A stretch of 64,000 nucleotides of DNA from Antedon mediterranea (Eukaryota; Animalia; Echinodermata), in assembly GCF_964355755.1 (NCBI RefSeq), contig NC_092678.1, forward strand, positions 16,039,881 through 16,103,880, in the 5' to 3' direction. Under the pieces are notes generated by a model. The model was not told the DNA's origin and ran no database searches. It saw nothing but the letters and a program-made list of their open reading frames with translations. Position 1 is the stretch's first letter, and every line of letters begins with the position of its first letter. Position numbers and translations under genes: made by a program. Shown piece after piece: positions 1 through 13,305 of the stretch.

Positions 1-288
1 GTACCGTCATTTTACAAGTTACATTATTGGCCTAATACAACGTCATGGGATTTAGAAACAGTTAAACCTACCCTTAAATGCATAATTTCACAATTAACCA
101 GATATACTTCCACAAAACCACAATGGAAATAAGTTAGGACCACAATGGAAATAAGTTTGCCGTCTCGGTACTTTTTTGTGTATTTATCCTATTGATTTTA
201 TATCAGAATAAAGAAATAAATAAATATTAACAACTGTAAAGCTTTTAAATGTTTACAAGTAAGAAAAAAAATTAGAATAAACAGTTAC

Positions 289-360
289 AGTGTAACCAAT
301 GATGTCAAACCAACAAATTCAATTTCAGACAATGCAGTAATGCCGTTAATGCTTAACTCC
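289..360 (-). CDS. 72-bp leucine-rich repeat exon of the CUB-LRR gene
   Basis: Minus strand ttttgaag|G...CT|gtaact, phase 2-2, encodes (L)ELSINGITALSEIEFVGLTSLVTL, a 24-aa typical LRR. Confidence 0.85.
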
Positions 361-1009
361 CTTCAAAATAAATACATGAACATTTGGTAAATAACAGTTC
401 ATGAGTTGAGGTTTTCTTCTCTGGAGAAAATACTTACAGTTTGGTGTGTATGTCAGTGGACAAAATAGTGACCGTAAAATATTTTATCTGTATTGTACTG
501 GTGTGTATATTGTCACGCCTAGATTGAAGTTAATTATATGGCTACTGAAGAAGGCAATTAAAAGTATACAGATATATAATATTAGCAATTGAATGTCTTT
601 ATTTCTTTATGTCACTTCTTCGTGGACTTGTTCAATACCAATTACAATCCAATCATACATAAACATTCATGTGTATACTCGACTTGGTTTACTACAAATG
701 GTGGTCAAACAGTTACGTATTGGTACGAACTTCAGCCTAACGGGCAGCAAATGGTCAATCTGTATAATTGCTGAGGTGTGACACCTCCCTTCTCTACAAG
801 GTTGATGTGAGGTGTACTTAATACATTCCTCAGCAATTCTTATATACGGTAATACACCTGACTAGTTCTATGCAAATTACCCTTTGCGTTTAACTTTTAC
901 TACCCGACACTTTTGTCTGTGACATATATTACGTGTCAGTGAAAATTAAAGAGGGTCTATATAACGGTACAAACATTAAAATAAGCCTAGTTGGTCGGAA
1001 CCTGTTCCG

Positions 1010-1495
1010 TCAGAGATGGATCCTGATCAAGTTCAAACTATCAAACACGTCACAGGAAGCGTGAAAAATGTGGAAGACGCGATCAAACTTCGAAGGAAAA
1101 AATTCCAGTTGTTATTTTTGGTAATGCTCACTAACTCAAAAACACGTTTAGTGAATTGGCTTCAAATACAAGTATACCTATTCGAATACAGGGACAGTTG
1201 CCTCATGGCGCTCACTGAAACTTGACTAAATGAATCTGTTTCGGATCATGGATCACAAAATTGTTCTTATAACCTGGATGTATTAGTATTTGCTCTTCGT
1301 CCCTTTTACTTGCCAAGGGAATTCTAGCAGGTTCTAGTCACCATTATCTGTATACACTCGAAAGCAGGCTTCAAAGTAGCTAGAGTTCAACAAAGGATCC
1401 CATAAAGAGCTTTCAAAGGTATTTACACACCTTAATCATTATGTAAATGTTGCTACGAGAGAAGGCACTATAATTATTATACTTGATAAGTGCAT
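1010..1495 (+). mobile_element. Degenerate LINE endonuclease fragment (Rex1/Babar- or CR1-like)
   Basis: Broken frames give KLRRKK...EYRDSCLMALTET*LNESVSD and LVFALRPFYLPREF*QVLVTII, matching the APE-domain motifs ETWL and RPFYLPREF. Confidence 0.7.
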
Positions 1496-2005
1496 TTAAT
1501 TATGATATTCATTAGGCCTACTTTAGGCCTGGGTTAACCCACTGTGCAACTGTAGTGCTGTTTTTTTATTCTTCAGTTCGATTCTTCCAGGATAATTATT
1601 GTTGTATTTATTTAACCTATATAGTCGCTGGTCTCTGTAGCAAGGGAAAGGGAAACCGAAAGATACGAAGCGTTTTTTCTATATCAAAATAATACGTATG
1701 TAATGATCAACAACTGTAACAATAACATCGGTGGATTTAAGAACGACACTGAATATCTGTAATACAATACATACAACTTACAACTTAAAATACCCTTTTA
1801 TCCGCTTTGATAATAACAATTAAATCAAATAAGTTGTTATTGTTCAGTCATACCACCAAAACGCTTCACTTTAATTAACAGATTCTAACGTACCTTGATT
1901 TACGATTAAGTAAGATTTAACAGTTAAAACTATATAATTTCACAATTAACATGATTTATTTTCATTTTTGCAATTAAGAAAAAAAAAATGAGAAAAAACA
2001 CTTAC

Positions 2006-2077
2006 AGTGTAACCAATGATGTCAAACCAACAAATGCATTTTCAGGCAAAGTACTAATGCCGTTACTGCTTAAATCC
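2006..2077 (-). CDS. 72-bp leucine-rich repeat exon of the CUB-LRR gene
   Basis: ttttgaag|G...CT|gtaagt, phase 2-2, encodes (L)DLSSNGISTLPENAFVGLTSLVTL, fits LxLxxNxIxxLPxxAFxGLxxLxxL. Confidence 0.9.
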
Positions 2078-2347
2078 CTTCAAAATAAAAACAGTTGGGG
2101 GAAATAGTTACAGTTTGTTGTGTATGTCAGTGGATAAAATAGTGACCGTAAAATAATTGATCTGTATTAAAATACAAAATATATTGATTGAGTACCTAGT
2201 ACGTCAGGAATAGGTCGTTAGTTTATATAGTCGATAACTGGGAAAACCTTAAGACGGTGAGATAACATTTTAATATCTTAAAGGCAATTGCTAAATAATC
2301 AATTTCTTACTATAAGCAGAAACTTAGCAACTGCATGGGTAACTTAT

Positions 2348-4592
2348 TTACTTCCGCCAAGGAGGTACAGGTATATGTAATCGGTAGCGTGTGTTTGTTA
2401 CTTGGCAAAAAAGAATTTTGCCAAGTATAGTATTCACTTTGTTTGTATGTATGTTTGTATGTTTGTATGTTTGTATGTTTGTTTGTTTGTTACTTGGCAA
2501 AAAGAATTTTGCCAAGTATAGTATTCACTTTGTTTGTATGTATGTATGTTTGTATGTTTGTTTGTTTGTTTGTTTGTTTGTTAGCACGATAGCGCCTACA
2601 GTTTTCAAGTTATCATTCTAAATTTGTGGGTGTAGATAGGTATATACCTTCAGACCATGCCTCTTTAAAATTAACAAAATTGGTTTATTAATAACTTCAC
2701 AAATAATAAAAATTATATTATTGTCAGTCCGGCTAGTGTTAAAAGATAGGAGACAATTTTCAAAAGCCGGCGAGCAGTCTTAAAGTAACAAGTGTACTGA
2801 AATTACATTTTCTCGACAACTACTTGTCTAAAAAAACTCATTTTTGGACAAGAGGCAAGAGTTATAAATTGTGATCTGTAATTTTCAAAACATAATTTTA
2901 TTTAATGTACAGTTTTTTTGAGACGAGTAGTTTTAAAAAACCTATTTCTTTTCAAATTCACCAGTTTGTTTTTCGCGTTGGTGCATGTTCTATTGTTATT
3001 CAAATTAAACTATTGTAAGTTGATAATCAGTATTTTAACCATGTAAAGATAATACCTAAAGCAAAAATTGTATCTTTCAACATGCTCCCAGTCAGTGGAT
3101 ATATTTTGCCAAGTACTTCACTCAGTTTCTGAGTGCTTTCATTTGTTTGTTAGCACGATAGCGCCTACAGTTTTCAAGTTATCGTTCTGAATTTTTGGGT
3201 GTAGATAGGTATATATTGTCAGACCATGCCTATTGAAAATCAACAAAATTGGTTTATTAATAACTTCACAAATAACAAAAATGATATTATTTTCAGACCG
3301 GCTAGTGTTAAAAGATAGGAGACAATTTTCAAAAGCCGGCGAGCAGTCTTAAAGTAACAAGTGTACTGAAATTGCATTTTCTCGAGAACTACTTATCAAA
3401 AAAACATCATTTTTGTACTAGAGGCAAGAGTTATAAATTGTGATTTTTAATTTTAAAACAAAAGTTGATTCAGTGTACCAGCTTTTTTATACGAGTAGTT
3501 TAAAAAAACCTATTTCTTTTCAAATTCACCCGTTTGTTTTTGGCGTTGCTGTTCTATTGTTATTCAAATTAAACTATTGTAAGTTGATAAGTAGTTTTGT
3601 TAGCACCAGCGTGTGTCCTTCCTTATTTCATCAGGTATATACTTACAGAACATGCCTATTGATTTTCAGGTAAATTGATATATTACTACATGGGTTAAGG
3701 CAGAGGCGCCGCAAATCGGTACAGCTTCAAGACACTCCTCGACCATTATTCTGGTCAAACTTGATTTTAGAAAGGTCATTGTTGCAATGCCGGAATTGTT
3801 TGCATTAAAAATTATTTAAACAAATTATTAACCTTATCAGTATTTTAACCATGTAAAGATAATACCTAAAGCAAAAATTGTATCTTTCAACATGCTCCCA
3901 GTCAGTGGATATATTTTGCCAAGTACTTCACTCAGTTTCTGAGTGCTTTCATTTGTTTGTTTGTTTGTTAGCAGGATTACTCATAAAGTAATTACAAGAT
4001 CTTTACCAAAATAAATAGACAGATAGATAAGTGGTCAAGGACCATTCCAATAAATTTTGGGACCATTTTGGACCACAGTCCCAATTCTGGACCACTTTTT
4101 AGTATACTTTTTTAGACCTGCTAGTGTTAAAAGATAGGACAGAATTTTTCAAAAGCCGGCGAGCAGTCTTAAAGTAACAAGTAAACTGAAATTGCATTTT
4201 CTCGAGAACTACTTGTCCAAAAAACTTCATTTTTTAACAAGAGGCAAGAGTTATAATTTGTGATTTGTAATTTTAAAACATAATTTGATTTAATGTGCAC
4301 GTTTTTTGATGCGAGTAGTTTAAAAAACCTATTTCTTTTCAAATTCATTCGTTTGATTTTCGCGTTTCTGTTCTATTGTTAGTCAACTGAAGCTATTGTT
4401 AATTGAAAGGCTTGTTACATAACCATTACACCAAACTCGCATACACATGCTTGTAATGAAATTAGCCTAAATCACAAACAGCATTAAGACACACACAAAT
4501 AAATATATTTTTTATTTTTTTTACCTGAGAAATCTTATGTAGGAGAATTTTACAGTAGGCGGAGGTATGCCCTCTCGGAGTGGCTTTCTAGT
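2348..4592 (+). mobile_element. Non-autonomous Helentron/DINE-1-like element with internal tandem repeats
   Basis: Starts acttccgccaaggaggt, has a (GTTT/GTAT)n microsatellite and three internal copies of gccggcgagcagtcttaaagtaacaag (about 2766, 3335, 4156), ends with sub-terminal IR ggcggaggt plus short palindrome ...ctttctagt. Confidence 0.7.
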
Positions 4593-6272
4593 TTGTTACA
4601 GAATAGAGAAAAAATAGTACATGACATTTATACCGAAAATCGATATTATCTGATAACTAGCTAGATGAGATCAAACGGTGCATCTACACACAATCACGCA
4701 TTGATTCAATTCAGAGTTTTTTTCAATTATGAATAATCAAGTACCAAAATAACAATAAAATTGTATAAAATACCGTTCGTTATCTAATTTACGGACGTAG
4801 GAAGATAAAAAAAAAAATATATATTAATATATATGTACATGTTCGTTATTTAGTGCTTTTGATTCTAACATCTGTTACTTTATGTGTTAACCCACTGTGT
4901 AATAATAATAGTGCCGGTTTCCGTGGTTAATTGCTGGTTTTTCAATTGAGGATATTTCAGTTCTGTTCTCCCACGATTATTCTATTTGTTACTATTGAAT
5001 GGCGTTTTGGAAACACAGTTGGTATACAATTCGAACGAGATAGTGGAAAGATGAGGGACGTTTTGAAAACCCTTTGTTATACAATTCTAACGAGTGCACG
5101 ATGTATCTCATTTCATTTCTTTATTAGCCATAAAATAAAAAAAATACATAGTCAAAGATGGCATGGAAAGTTTAAAATAAACTTTGACCCTCAGATCGGT
5201 CACTCCGTAAATGTAATTTATCAACCAATTTATGGAACTTACGTATCGAAAATGAACCACGTACTGAAATCGTAGTTTTGTTAATTCGAATGATTCGTTT
5301 ACAATTAACTAATTTTAATTTTCCGTTGTATCATTTTCATTTTTATAATTTGTAATAAAAATATTATGATCATAATAACATTTTTTTTTATAAATAACGT
5401 AACTGCGATCAACATTTCATTGTTACATTATCTAATTTAAATTTTCCGTTGTATGATCCTCATTTCTATAATCTGTAATAACAATGTTATAATTTATATT
5501 TTTTTGGAAATAATAAATAATAAATAATAATAATAAATGGTAGAAATAACGTAATGTATCTTCGATGAACGTTTTAATGTTCAGTCGGAGAGCCGCGTTG
5601 GGAAATATGACCGTTATCGCGAAATTTTCGACTTCGCATGACGTCATTAATTTTAGAAGCCCTCTCTCGGCACAGAGGCATCAACGTTTCGCGCGAAAAC
5701 ATTAGCAGAAAGTATACGTCATTTTATAGCTGTTTAATAAACATTAATAGGCGAAAAATTAACTATATATGGTAAGATCAGTTCCGTATATGTTTAAGAT
5801 GTCGCAGGTCACCTAATTTTTGGAATAATTTGTTGGATTTGTTGTCAGTGACAGTTTCTTTCCAAAGTTCGTGTGCAGCCGTCAAAGCTGAAGTTTTCTA
5901 ACTTGTGTTTGTTTACAAATTTTCCATTAGTGGGATTTGCATCCCATACAGTGAATTACCAAAAAATCGGCGTATATGGATAGAGTAAGTATCAATAGTC
6001 TGTTTTACGTTAAAATTGGCTTGAAACCCTATTTAAGCTTCCTACAGCGAACATTTTAAAAAAGGTCCTCATTTCACATAATTGTTACGTCTCGCGGCAC
6101 TAGTTCCGTCGTGTGTGGTGCATGGTGTGTTGATTGTGGTTGTTGCAGGTGTGGGTGTGCACGACCTGGTGGATCGTTGTCGTAATATCGGCCTAGGCTT
6201 AGCCTTAGTAACATGTTGATACTTAAAATACTTTAGTTACAATTTAGTATTACTGTATTAAAGTTTCGTTAA

Positions 6273-7034
6273 TCGGCGCTACTGCAGTTTCGCACCACAC
6301 TGTTAAATCTTCGATTTATCACTTAATTTTTTTCTCACACCCACATCATACAATTTCAGGCCATTATGTAACATGTTTCCATGATTTAGCCACCGTTATA
6401 TTTACCTTTATCACAATAAAAAATGCCTTTCAAAACAGCTCCATTTCCGCGAATACCTCGATCGAACTGTGGCCATTTTAGAATCAGAAAATTGCCAGAA
6501 ATCAATGTATATTTTATTTTTAAACTGCAAAGAGTGGTTTTTATAAAGAACCAGCTAGCTGTACATATCAAAACGGCGACGATATGAGTCTGTACATAAA
6601 ACATTGATAGGACCTATTATTAATATGAATAATAATACTAATATTAATAATGAAATATTAATTAAGCCTCTCTTTCACCAGCTGAAAATATTTCTTGCCT
6701 TTCAAAACTAAATAGGCCTAGGCCTATATATGTTGTGTAATCGGATTTTATAACACTGGCCTCTATAGTTTCTACATTTTTTGGGGAAAATGAAGCATAC
6801 ATTCTGGCAATTAAGTGATAAATATAAGATGGCGAACATTTCGCAGTGTATTGACATCGAGTTCAGTATTGTTTAAAATGTTTTGAAAAGTATTGTTATT
6901 TAAAAAAAATTACTTCGTAAGTGGTCGAATCGTATAAACATATTACATAATATTATGTTGTGAGTGTGAAAAAGAAAAATTTAGGTGAGAAATCGAAGAT
7001 ATAACAGTGTGGTGCGAAACTGCAGTAGCGCCCG
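6273..7034. mobile_element. MITE with TTAA target site (Kolobok/piggyBac-type target)
   Basis: Roughly 65-bp imperfect TIRs ggcgctactgcagtttcgcaccacactgtta / taacagtgtggtgcgaaactgcagtagcgcc; TTAA on both sides. Confidence 0.75.
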
Positions 7035-7178
7035 TTAATCCTATACTCTATATTGAAGATGCGTTGGGAAGGTTTTAAAAATTTTTATTTTTATTTTATT
7101 TTATTCAATCAAAACCAACAGCGATAAATACCGCCACTAACAGATTTGAAACATAAATAATAATAATAATTATAATTA

Positions 7179-8473
7179 CTAGAGGGTGAGCTCGCTTCGC
7201 TCGCTCCCCCTCTAGGAAGTGTAGACGATGGTTCTCGGAATGATAATGTTCTCCTTATACATTTTCTGTCGGTTACCATTATTGAAAATGCTTGACATTC
7301 GTAAAACTAAACTACTTTGTTTCACAGTGTTTTAGATGATTAATAACATTTTAAAGTATAGTTTTTATTGTTTGGTAGGGCCCTTTGGGGAGGCGGAGGT
7401 CATTTGAGGGAGGTGCTTATTCGAGGGATATATGTTAAATTTTTTAGTTCTAATAATATGGTAACATTTATAATCAAATGAAATCCTCTCATAGATATGA
7501 AAAGTGGTAAAAAAGAATAACAAATGCTTGGTAAATTGCAGATAACAGTGCGGTGAATTCTACTACAAATAGTATAATTGTGTTATTATAAATATGTGGA
7601 TGGACGTTTATTAGATAGTTGGGTTGGGGGGGGGGGTTATTATTCAAAGTGATGTTTTATTGGAGAGGCGTTTATTCAAATGAATACCATCCTAATAATT
7701 AATACATTATTTAATTTAATCATCTTTTGAAACTAACTGCCATGACAGAGTGGGCCCAAGAAAGAAGACATTACGGCTTGCAACATGGGCAGACATCTCG
7801 GTCCTAACGGGACACAGGACCTACAGTTATTCTTGCAAGCTTACTCAATAAAACTCAGCTATCGGGATTTCACTCGAAAAATGTCTTATCAAATCTCCCT
7901 ATGTAATTTTATAATACTATTCCCCACAATATATTCTGATTCTTTATGGCGTATATTTCATTTGATCTTTATTAATTTGCAGTATAATTCCTATTATTTA
8001 ACTACTGTACCTTCACACAGTGTGGTATGTTTTAAAATAAACAAAAAACTGAAATGGCTATGATTAATGGCCAATTTTTTTTTCGTCTTCCAAAGGGACA
8101 CTGTATTGATTGATGGAAAGTGCCTGTTTCCAGTCACCTTTAGGGTCAAATCTATTATTTTAACTGCTCCCTTGTGTATAAAAGAGAGAAAATATTTGAA
8201 ACTAAGGTGAACTTATCTTAAACCCGGAAATTACTTTGACCGGGAAGAATTGAAATTGAGAGGAAAATCCAATGTTGAAATCATAAATGTTGTTAAAAAA
8301 CTCTTTATAATATCTTCCTAAGATATAAATATGGAACAATAGCGTCGGCGTGCACACTAATGTTATCAAATCTACGTTTCGCGGTACATCTCGGATAGAT
8401 AAGGCGGAGATTTGTAGAGAAGTTTTTGCATTGTGCTCACCTATGTCAGAATTAACCATAATTTATATATAGA
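7179..8473 (-). mobile_element. Non-autonomous Helitron
   Basis: Minus strand begins TCTATATATAAAT and ends in a hairpin plus CTAG, between A and T; same termini as 27923 and 43938 elements. Confidence 0.7.
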
Positions 8474-10298
8474 TACAGTATTTAAGAAAATGTTTTCGTC
8501 ATAGTGACAATTATTTAAATAGTTCTTTACATTTCAGCTATTCATTTTCATTTCAGGTTTTTTGTTGGTATCAAGATTTTCTATCTCGTTCTTCAATATG
8601 AGGTTGGACGGTGGAAGCTGTAAAGTGGTTTTCTCGATTTCAATATCATTGCTGATAGTTTTTCATTTTATTCGCTAATATAACATATAAATTTATATTC
8701 ATTTAAGTTGTAAAAGTGTTTCAGATCAGTAAATTTTTATAAAGATATAAATTAAGTTGCAATTGATTGATTGATTTACTTTGTTAACCAGAGTTGCGCA
8801 GATGCATACAATATAAACATAAAACAATCATAAAATCAGTACAACAGTAAGACTCAAGTAAAAATGATATCTCAAAAAGTACATATGGTGGCATATTTTA
8901 TATTTACAGTATTAGGCCTAGCTAGTTTGTTATGTCTGATGAACAAGGTGCTATTAGAAGTTTTTATATACAGTAGTATTTACTATTTGTATCAGTAATT
9001 GTTTGAAAGGTTGTATTTTTTCACATTCTGTATATGTATACATAAAAAGAAAAAATGTATTGCTTGTGTGAAATGTAAGTTGTATCTAATAAAGTAATAG
9101 AATATTTCTGTATACAAGTGTGACATTTACTGCCAGATATTGATATACTGATAAGTACCAACCAAATAACAATACTCAAGTAAATGATGGGCTAATAATT
9201 ATCTTTTTTAAAAACATGACCATATAAAAATACATGGTTGAGTCTCTCAAACAAAAGATGCCTGATTTTATAAATAACATTCCCCACCATATTTATATAT
9301 AAATTGAAAATGGGTTATCTTTTGGCACTTTGTTTTTCAATTTATTGTTTTTTAACAGTTTTTGTAATTTTTTCTGGGCCTATGTTCTTCTTCAGGCTTC
9401 TTCTTGCTTGGTATATGAGCTGGGATAGACCTACCAGCCTAGATTATGGAATACCCAGATTATGTCTACTTCTACTCCAGCTACTATAGGCCCTACTATA
9501 ACACAAACTACTATATCAGAATTACCTAGCCTAACTAGGCCTAGAAAATACTATTTTTAGGCCTAGCTAGGCTAGAAGTTAAGTAAGTAATTATAGTAGC
9601 TAGTCTAAGTAGGCCTTTCCTAGCTCAGAAACCAAATAGAACAATAATCGGGCAGCAGATTGAAACCTTAGGCCTGTGACGCAGTACGCCTGCATGAACA
9701 ACCGGATTAAACAGGGACACGATTCGGTCCGGGTCGATTCGTACCAGCTTCGTAAAACGTAAACAAAGTTTCAAAATGGCGGTTTTTCGATCGTAACTGA
9801 ACAGAAATGTAGTAGGTTTGGTTTGATTAGTGGGAGTTGCATCCCAAGAAAGCTTAAAATTAGATTTTTATTTTAATAGATAGCTTAATAGTTTATCTTG
9901 AAAGGATTTTAAATTCGCTTTAAAACCTTATCTAGAAAATATGAAATTTAATGATTTTTTACCATCATTTAAAAAAAAATATAAATAAAAAAGTTTATAC
10001 ACAAAATAATGATATTTCTCGAAACAAAAAAACTGTGGAATTTAGATCACAGTTTTTATCATTATTTACGCTTGCAGTTCAACTATTGAAATACGTTTAT
10101 TGATTTCATCTAATATCAAAATTATACAATTTTCAAAGTGTACTAAAATAGCAAAAATTCCAACATTTTCCACGAAGCGCGCCCTCACAATGAATGAAAT
10201 CAGTGATGCGTTACCAACGCGGCTTTCCGACTGTGTTACTACGCTTGTCTAATGTAAGCTTACCGTTTGCACAAAACAGGTTCTTTGATGATACTTAC

Positions 10299-10431
10299 AA
10301 GGTTGTTATTGGTTGATGATTATTGTATTTCCTGACGGATTCTGCTGTTGTAATACTATATTTCTGACATCTTAAGTAGCTTAATGAACACGTGCAATTG
10401 ATTGGACATATCTGTGTTAGGAATAATTGTT
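10299..10431 (-). CDS. LRR N-terminal cap (LRRNT) exon of the CUB-LRR gene
   Basis: tttttacag|AA...TT|gtaagt, phase 1-2, encodes EQLFLTQICPINCTCSLSYLRCQKYSITTAESVRKYNNHQPITTL (CPxxCxC...C); phases join the CUB exon to the LRR exons. Confidence 0.85.
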
Positions 10432-11274
10432 CTGTAAAAAAAAAATATGTTTCTGAAAATAGCTAGTTAATAGTTTCGAATTTAATTAAATGGACATTAA
10501 AACCCTAATTTAAAAAATAGCAATAAAATGTATTAACTATGTTTGTCATTTAACTATTAATTGTATAGGACTTGGCTCTTCAGTAGGACTGGACGTTGTT
10601 TAAAAGGTAGATGTATCTTAATTCTGATAGGTCATTCTTCAAAGATATCATAAACTAATATCATTTTTATAACACTGCTATTGTACATCTGTAATTTTGG
10701 ATTTGTGGATTTCACGCACACTGGATAAATATTGATTACAAAAGAAATCTCTTGTTCATTCAAAGGTCTCTCAATTCAGTGTCCATTTTCGTCTGCCGGT
10801 GGAATTGGTATAGCCTACAACAATACACCATCAGAGCGTTGGCTCCTTGTCTGCCTTCTCCGGAACAGCGGTGGCGCCAGGATCTTTCCGACGCGAGGGC
10901 TTCATTCCCCGACGAGGGGGCTATGCAAGCGAAGCAATCATCACTAGACTGGGGGACAGAACTGTTAGGTCCCCGGAAGTCAATTATACATAGAGGCTTT
11001 AAAAAGTGGTCCGTTTTGCCTTTATTTGTGTAGAGGAGGGATGCGTCCGCAAGCGTAGACCATTTTCAGTCGGGGAAATCAGTTTATACCTCCCAAGTGT
11101 ATGCGTGTGTACAATCTGGACTTCCGAGTGGTGAAAAGTTCATGACATATAGGACATTGAAAATGTAATAACTTAGCTATAATAAGATGTTGGCTAAGCG
11201 AAAATGGCATGTTTATTTTGTGTTTAGTAGTGTATGAAATATTTATTTTAGGTGTCCCACGGTACAGAGGGTTA

Positions 11275-11587
11275 AAGGTCAAGCGCCATATAGCCTGCCA
11301 CGTTTCGATATTCAATATTGAACTTGACCTGACGTGGTTCCATGGTATCTTTATATGAAAATGGTAGAGTGGATAGAAAATAAACTAAATAAATAAACTA
11401 ATTTTAAACTAAAACCATATAACAACAAGACATCCACCGGTTCAGTTCAAAAGCATTTTAAGGTAAATTTTTAATTAATGATTTTCTATCCACTCTACCA
11501 TTTTCATATAAAGATACCATGGAACCACGTCAGGTCAAGTTCAATATTGAATATCGAAACGTGGCAGACTATATGGCGCTTGACCTT
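11275..11587. repeat. Near-perfect inverted repeat (about 106-bp arms, about 100-bp spacer), MITE-like
   Basis: aaggtcaagcgccatatag...gtggatagaaaat versus attttctatccac...ctatatggcgcttgacctt. Confidence 0.85.
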
Positions 11588-12473
11588 GGACAAGATCGCC
11601 TAAAATTTATAATTTAAATCTACGATACTAAGTATTGTATATTCAGGAATAGCCGCTCCATAGTCTCTTTGCTTTTCTTCCTTATATCTTATTTTTATTA
11701 ACTCAAAATTATTTTTACTAACAAACATTACTATTTGTATGCCTATGTGTAAACATTATTGACATAATGTCATAAACATCTTCATGTCGTACAACTACTC
11801 GTAACATTTTTTCTCAACTTTCTATCATCTAAAAGTCGTAGTTAGTCATGCCTCGGGTCACATTCTATGGTCACCGTACAGGTAGGCTACTACATTAGTA
11901 CTTCTATGAATGAATGACTTGCCGGTGACAATAACGCTAGTTGGTCATACCCAGTACCGTTTTGATTTTACGATCATTCGGGAAACCACCTCACGACGAT
12001 TAAATAATTAATGGCAGGAACATAGCCTAGATTCTGGATTCGTCTTAACATGTTATAAACACTTGATCTGAAAATATCTAAACAGCAAATTAACGTAAAC
12101 AAAAAATAACAGAGACTTGAGCATTAATTTGCTATATTTCCCACGACACCTAGTGATCGTCCTTGTATTAGCTACAGTGTTTTATTTTAGAATTGACGCA
12201 AGTAGTGTTTCTCTTGCTGTTAAGTTTTTTTCTACGAAATCGTCAATGAGCCTAAACAGGTATCAGTATTTGTAATACAATCATGTATTATTATTAACAA
12301 CATAAAATGTAAATAATTATTTATTCAGGTGAACAATATATCTTTATCTAATTCTCATGTCACTTATTTTTGATGCGTGTAAACTCACAGGCTAGCCTAA
12401 AATGTGAATACTTTTTTGAACCAATTCAATTAATTTTAAATATATTGATAAATTTGGTTAAACGTTTATTTAC

Positions 12474-12818
12474 CTTGTGTAACCATTACTGCTGTAACTG
12501 TTGCATTAAATCCTCTAAATGTTACACTATAACGATTAGTAGATAAAACAATCCACATTGTGTTGTTGGTGGAAACTACAGAATCAAATGCTATACCTGT
12601 AAACCTAACTTTATATTCATTTTCTGCAAATGCTATATTCAAATAATCAACATTGTAGTTCAGTTCAAAATCGTTAAACTTAAGATAAATGAACAGCTCT
12701 GGAGAGGTTGTAACCATCCATTCACAGTTTAAATTGTTGTCGTAGTTCTTCGGATAATTAGGAGACCAAAATACATATGAAGAGTTCTCAGATTCAAGAT
12801 GAATATCCCTGTTACATT
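12474..12818 (-). CDS. CUB domain exon
   Basis: ttttacag|AA...G|gtaaat, 345 bp, phase 1-1; ECNRDIHLESENSSYVFWSPNYPKNYDNNLNCEWMV...LKFNDFELNYNVDYL...VTFRGFNATV has CUB motifs SPNYP, CxW, FxxFEL, GF. Confidence 0.9.
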
Positions 12819-13181
12819 CTGTAAAAATTTATAATTAGTTTGATAATAATAAATATTATATTATGATAATCGCGTGAAAAATAGCAAAACATTCATTTTG
12901 AGAAGCGGATTAGATCAGATTAGAATGAGATTTAAATATATTGATTTACATTTTAAAAGATTAAAATGTTATCATTTTATTTTGCAAAATTTACCTTTAT
13001 ATTTCTGAACAATATTATCTTTTAGAAATGCAGAATACTTATTAATAAAGTGACTGTAATGTATATGAGGATTGCCGGCCCCTTTTATCCCATTTATAAA
13101 ATTGTGGATTATTAAAGAAATAAAAATCCATGCAATTATATTTGTACTAATGTAGTGTAGAATAAATAACCAACAAAAAGT

Positions 13182-13305
13182 ATCAGAGCGAATCAGAGCG
13201 AATCAGTGCGAATCAGTGCGAATCAGAGCGAATCAGAGCGAATCAGAGCGAATCAGAGCGAATCAGTACGAATCAGAGCGAACCAGAGCGATTCAGAGCG
13301 AATCA
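13182..13305 (+). repeat. 10-bp minisatellite (AATCAGAGCG)n, about 12 copies
   Basis: Directly visible tandem array. Confidence 0.95.

Larger units (their letters stand above)
5582..10233. mobile_element. Putative non-autonomous DNA transposon, 20-bp TIRs, 4-bp TSD, with nested insertions
   Basis: Left cagtcggagagccgcgttgg, right ccaacgcggctttccgactg (19/20 inverted match); tgtt immediately flanks both ends. Confidence 0.65.

Noticed and set aside
589-781. Two short overlapping plus-strand ORFs
   Set aside because: No domain similarity or convincing splice sites; intronic to the minus-strand gene
2391-2621. Hydrophobic ORF resembling a membrane protein
   Set aside because: Translation of a GTTT/GTAT microsatellite
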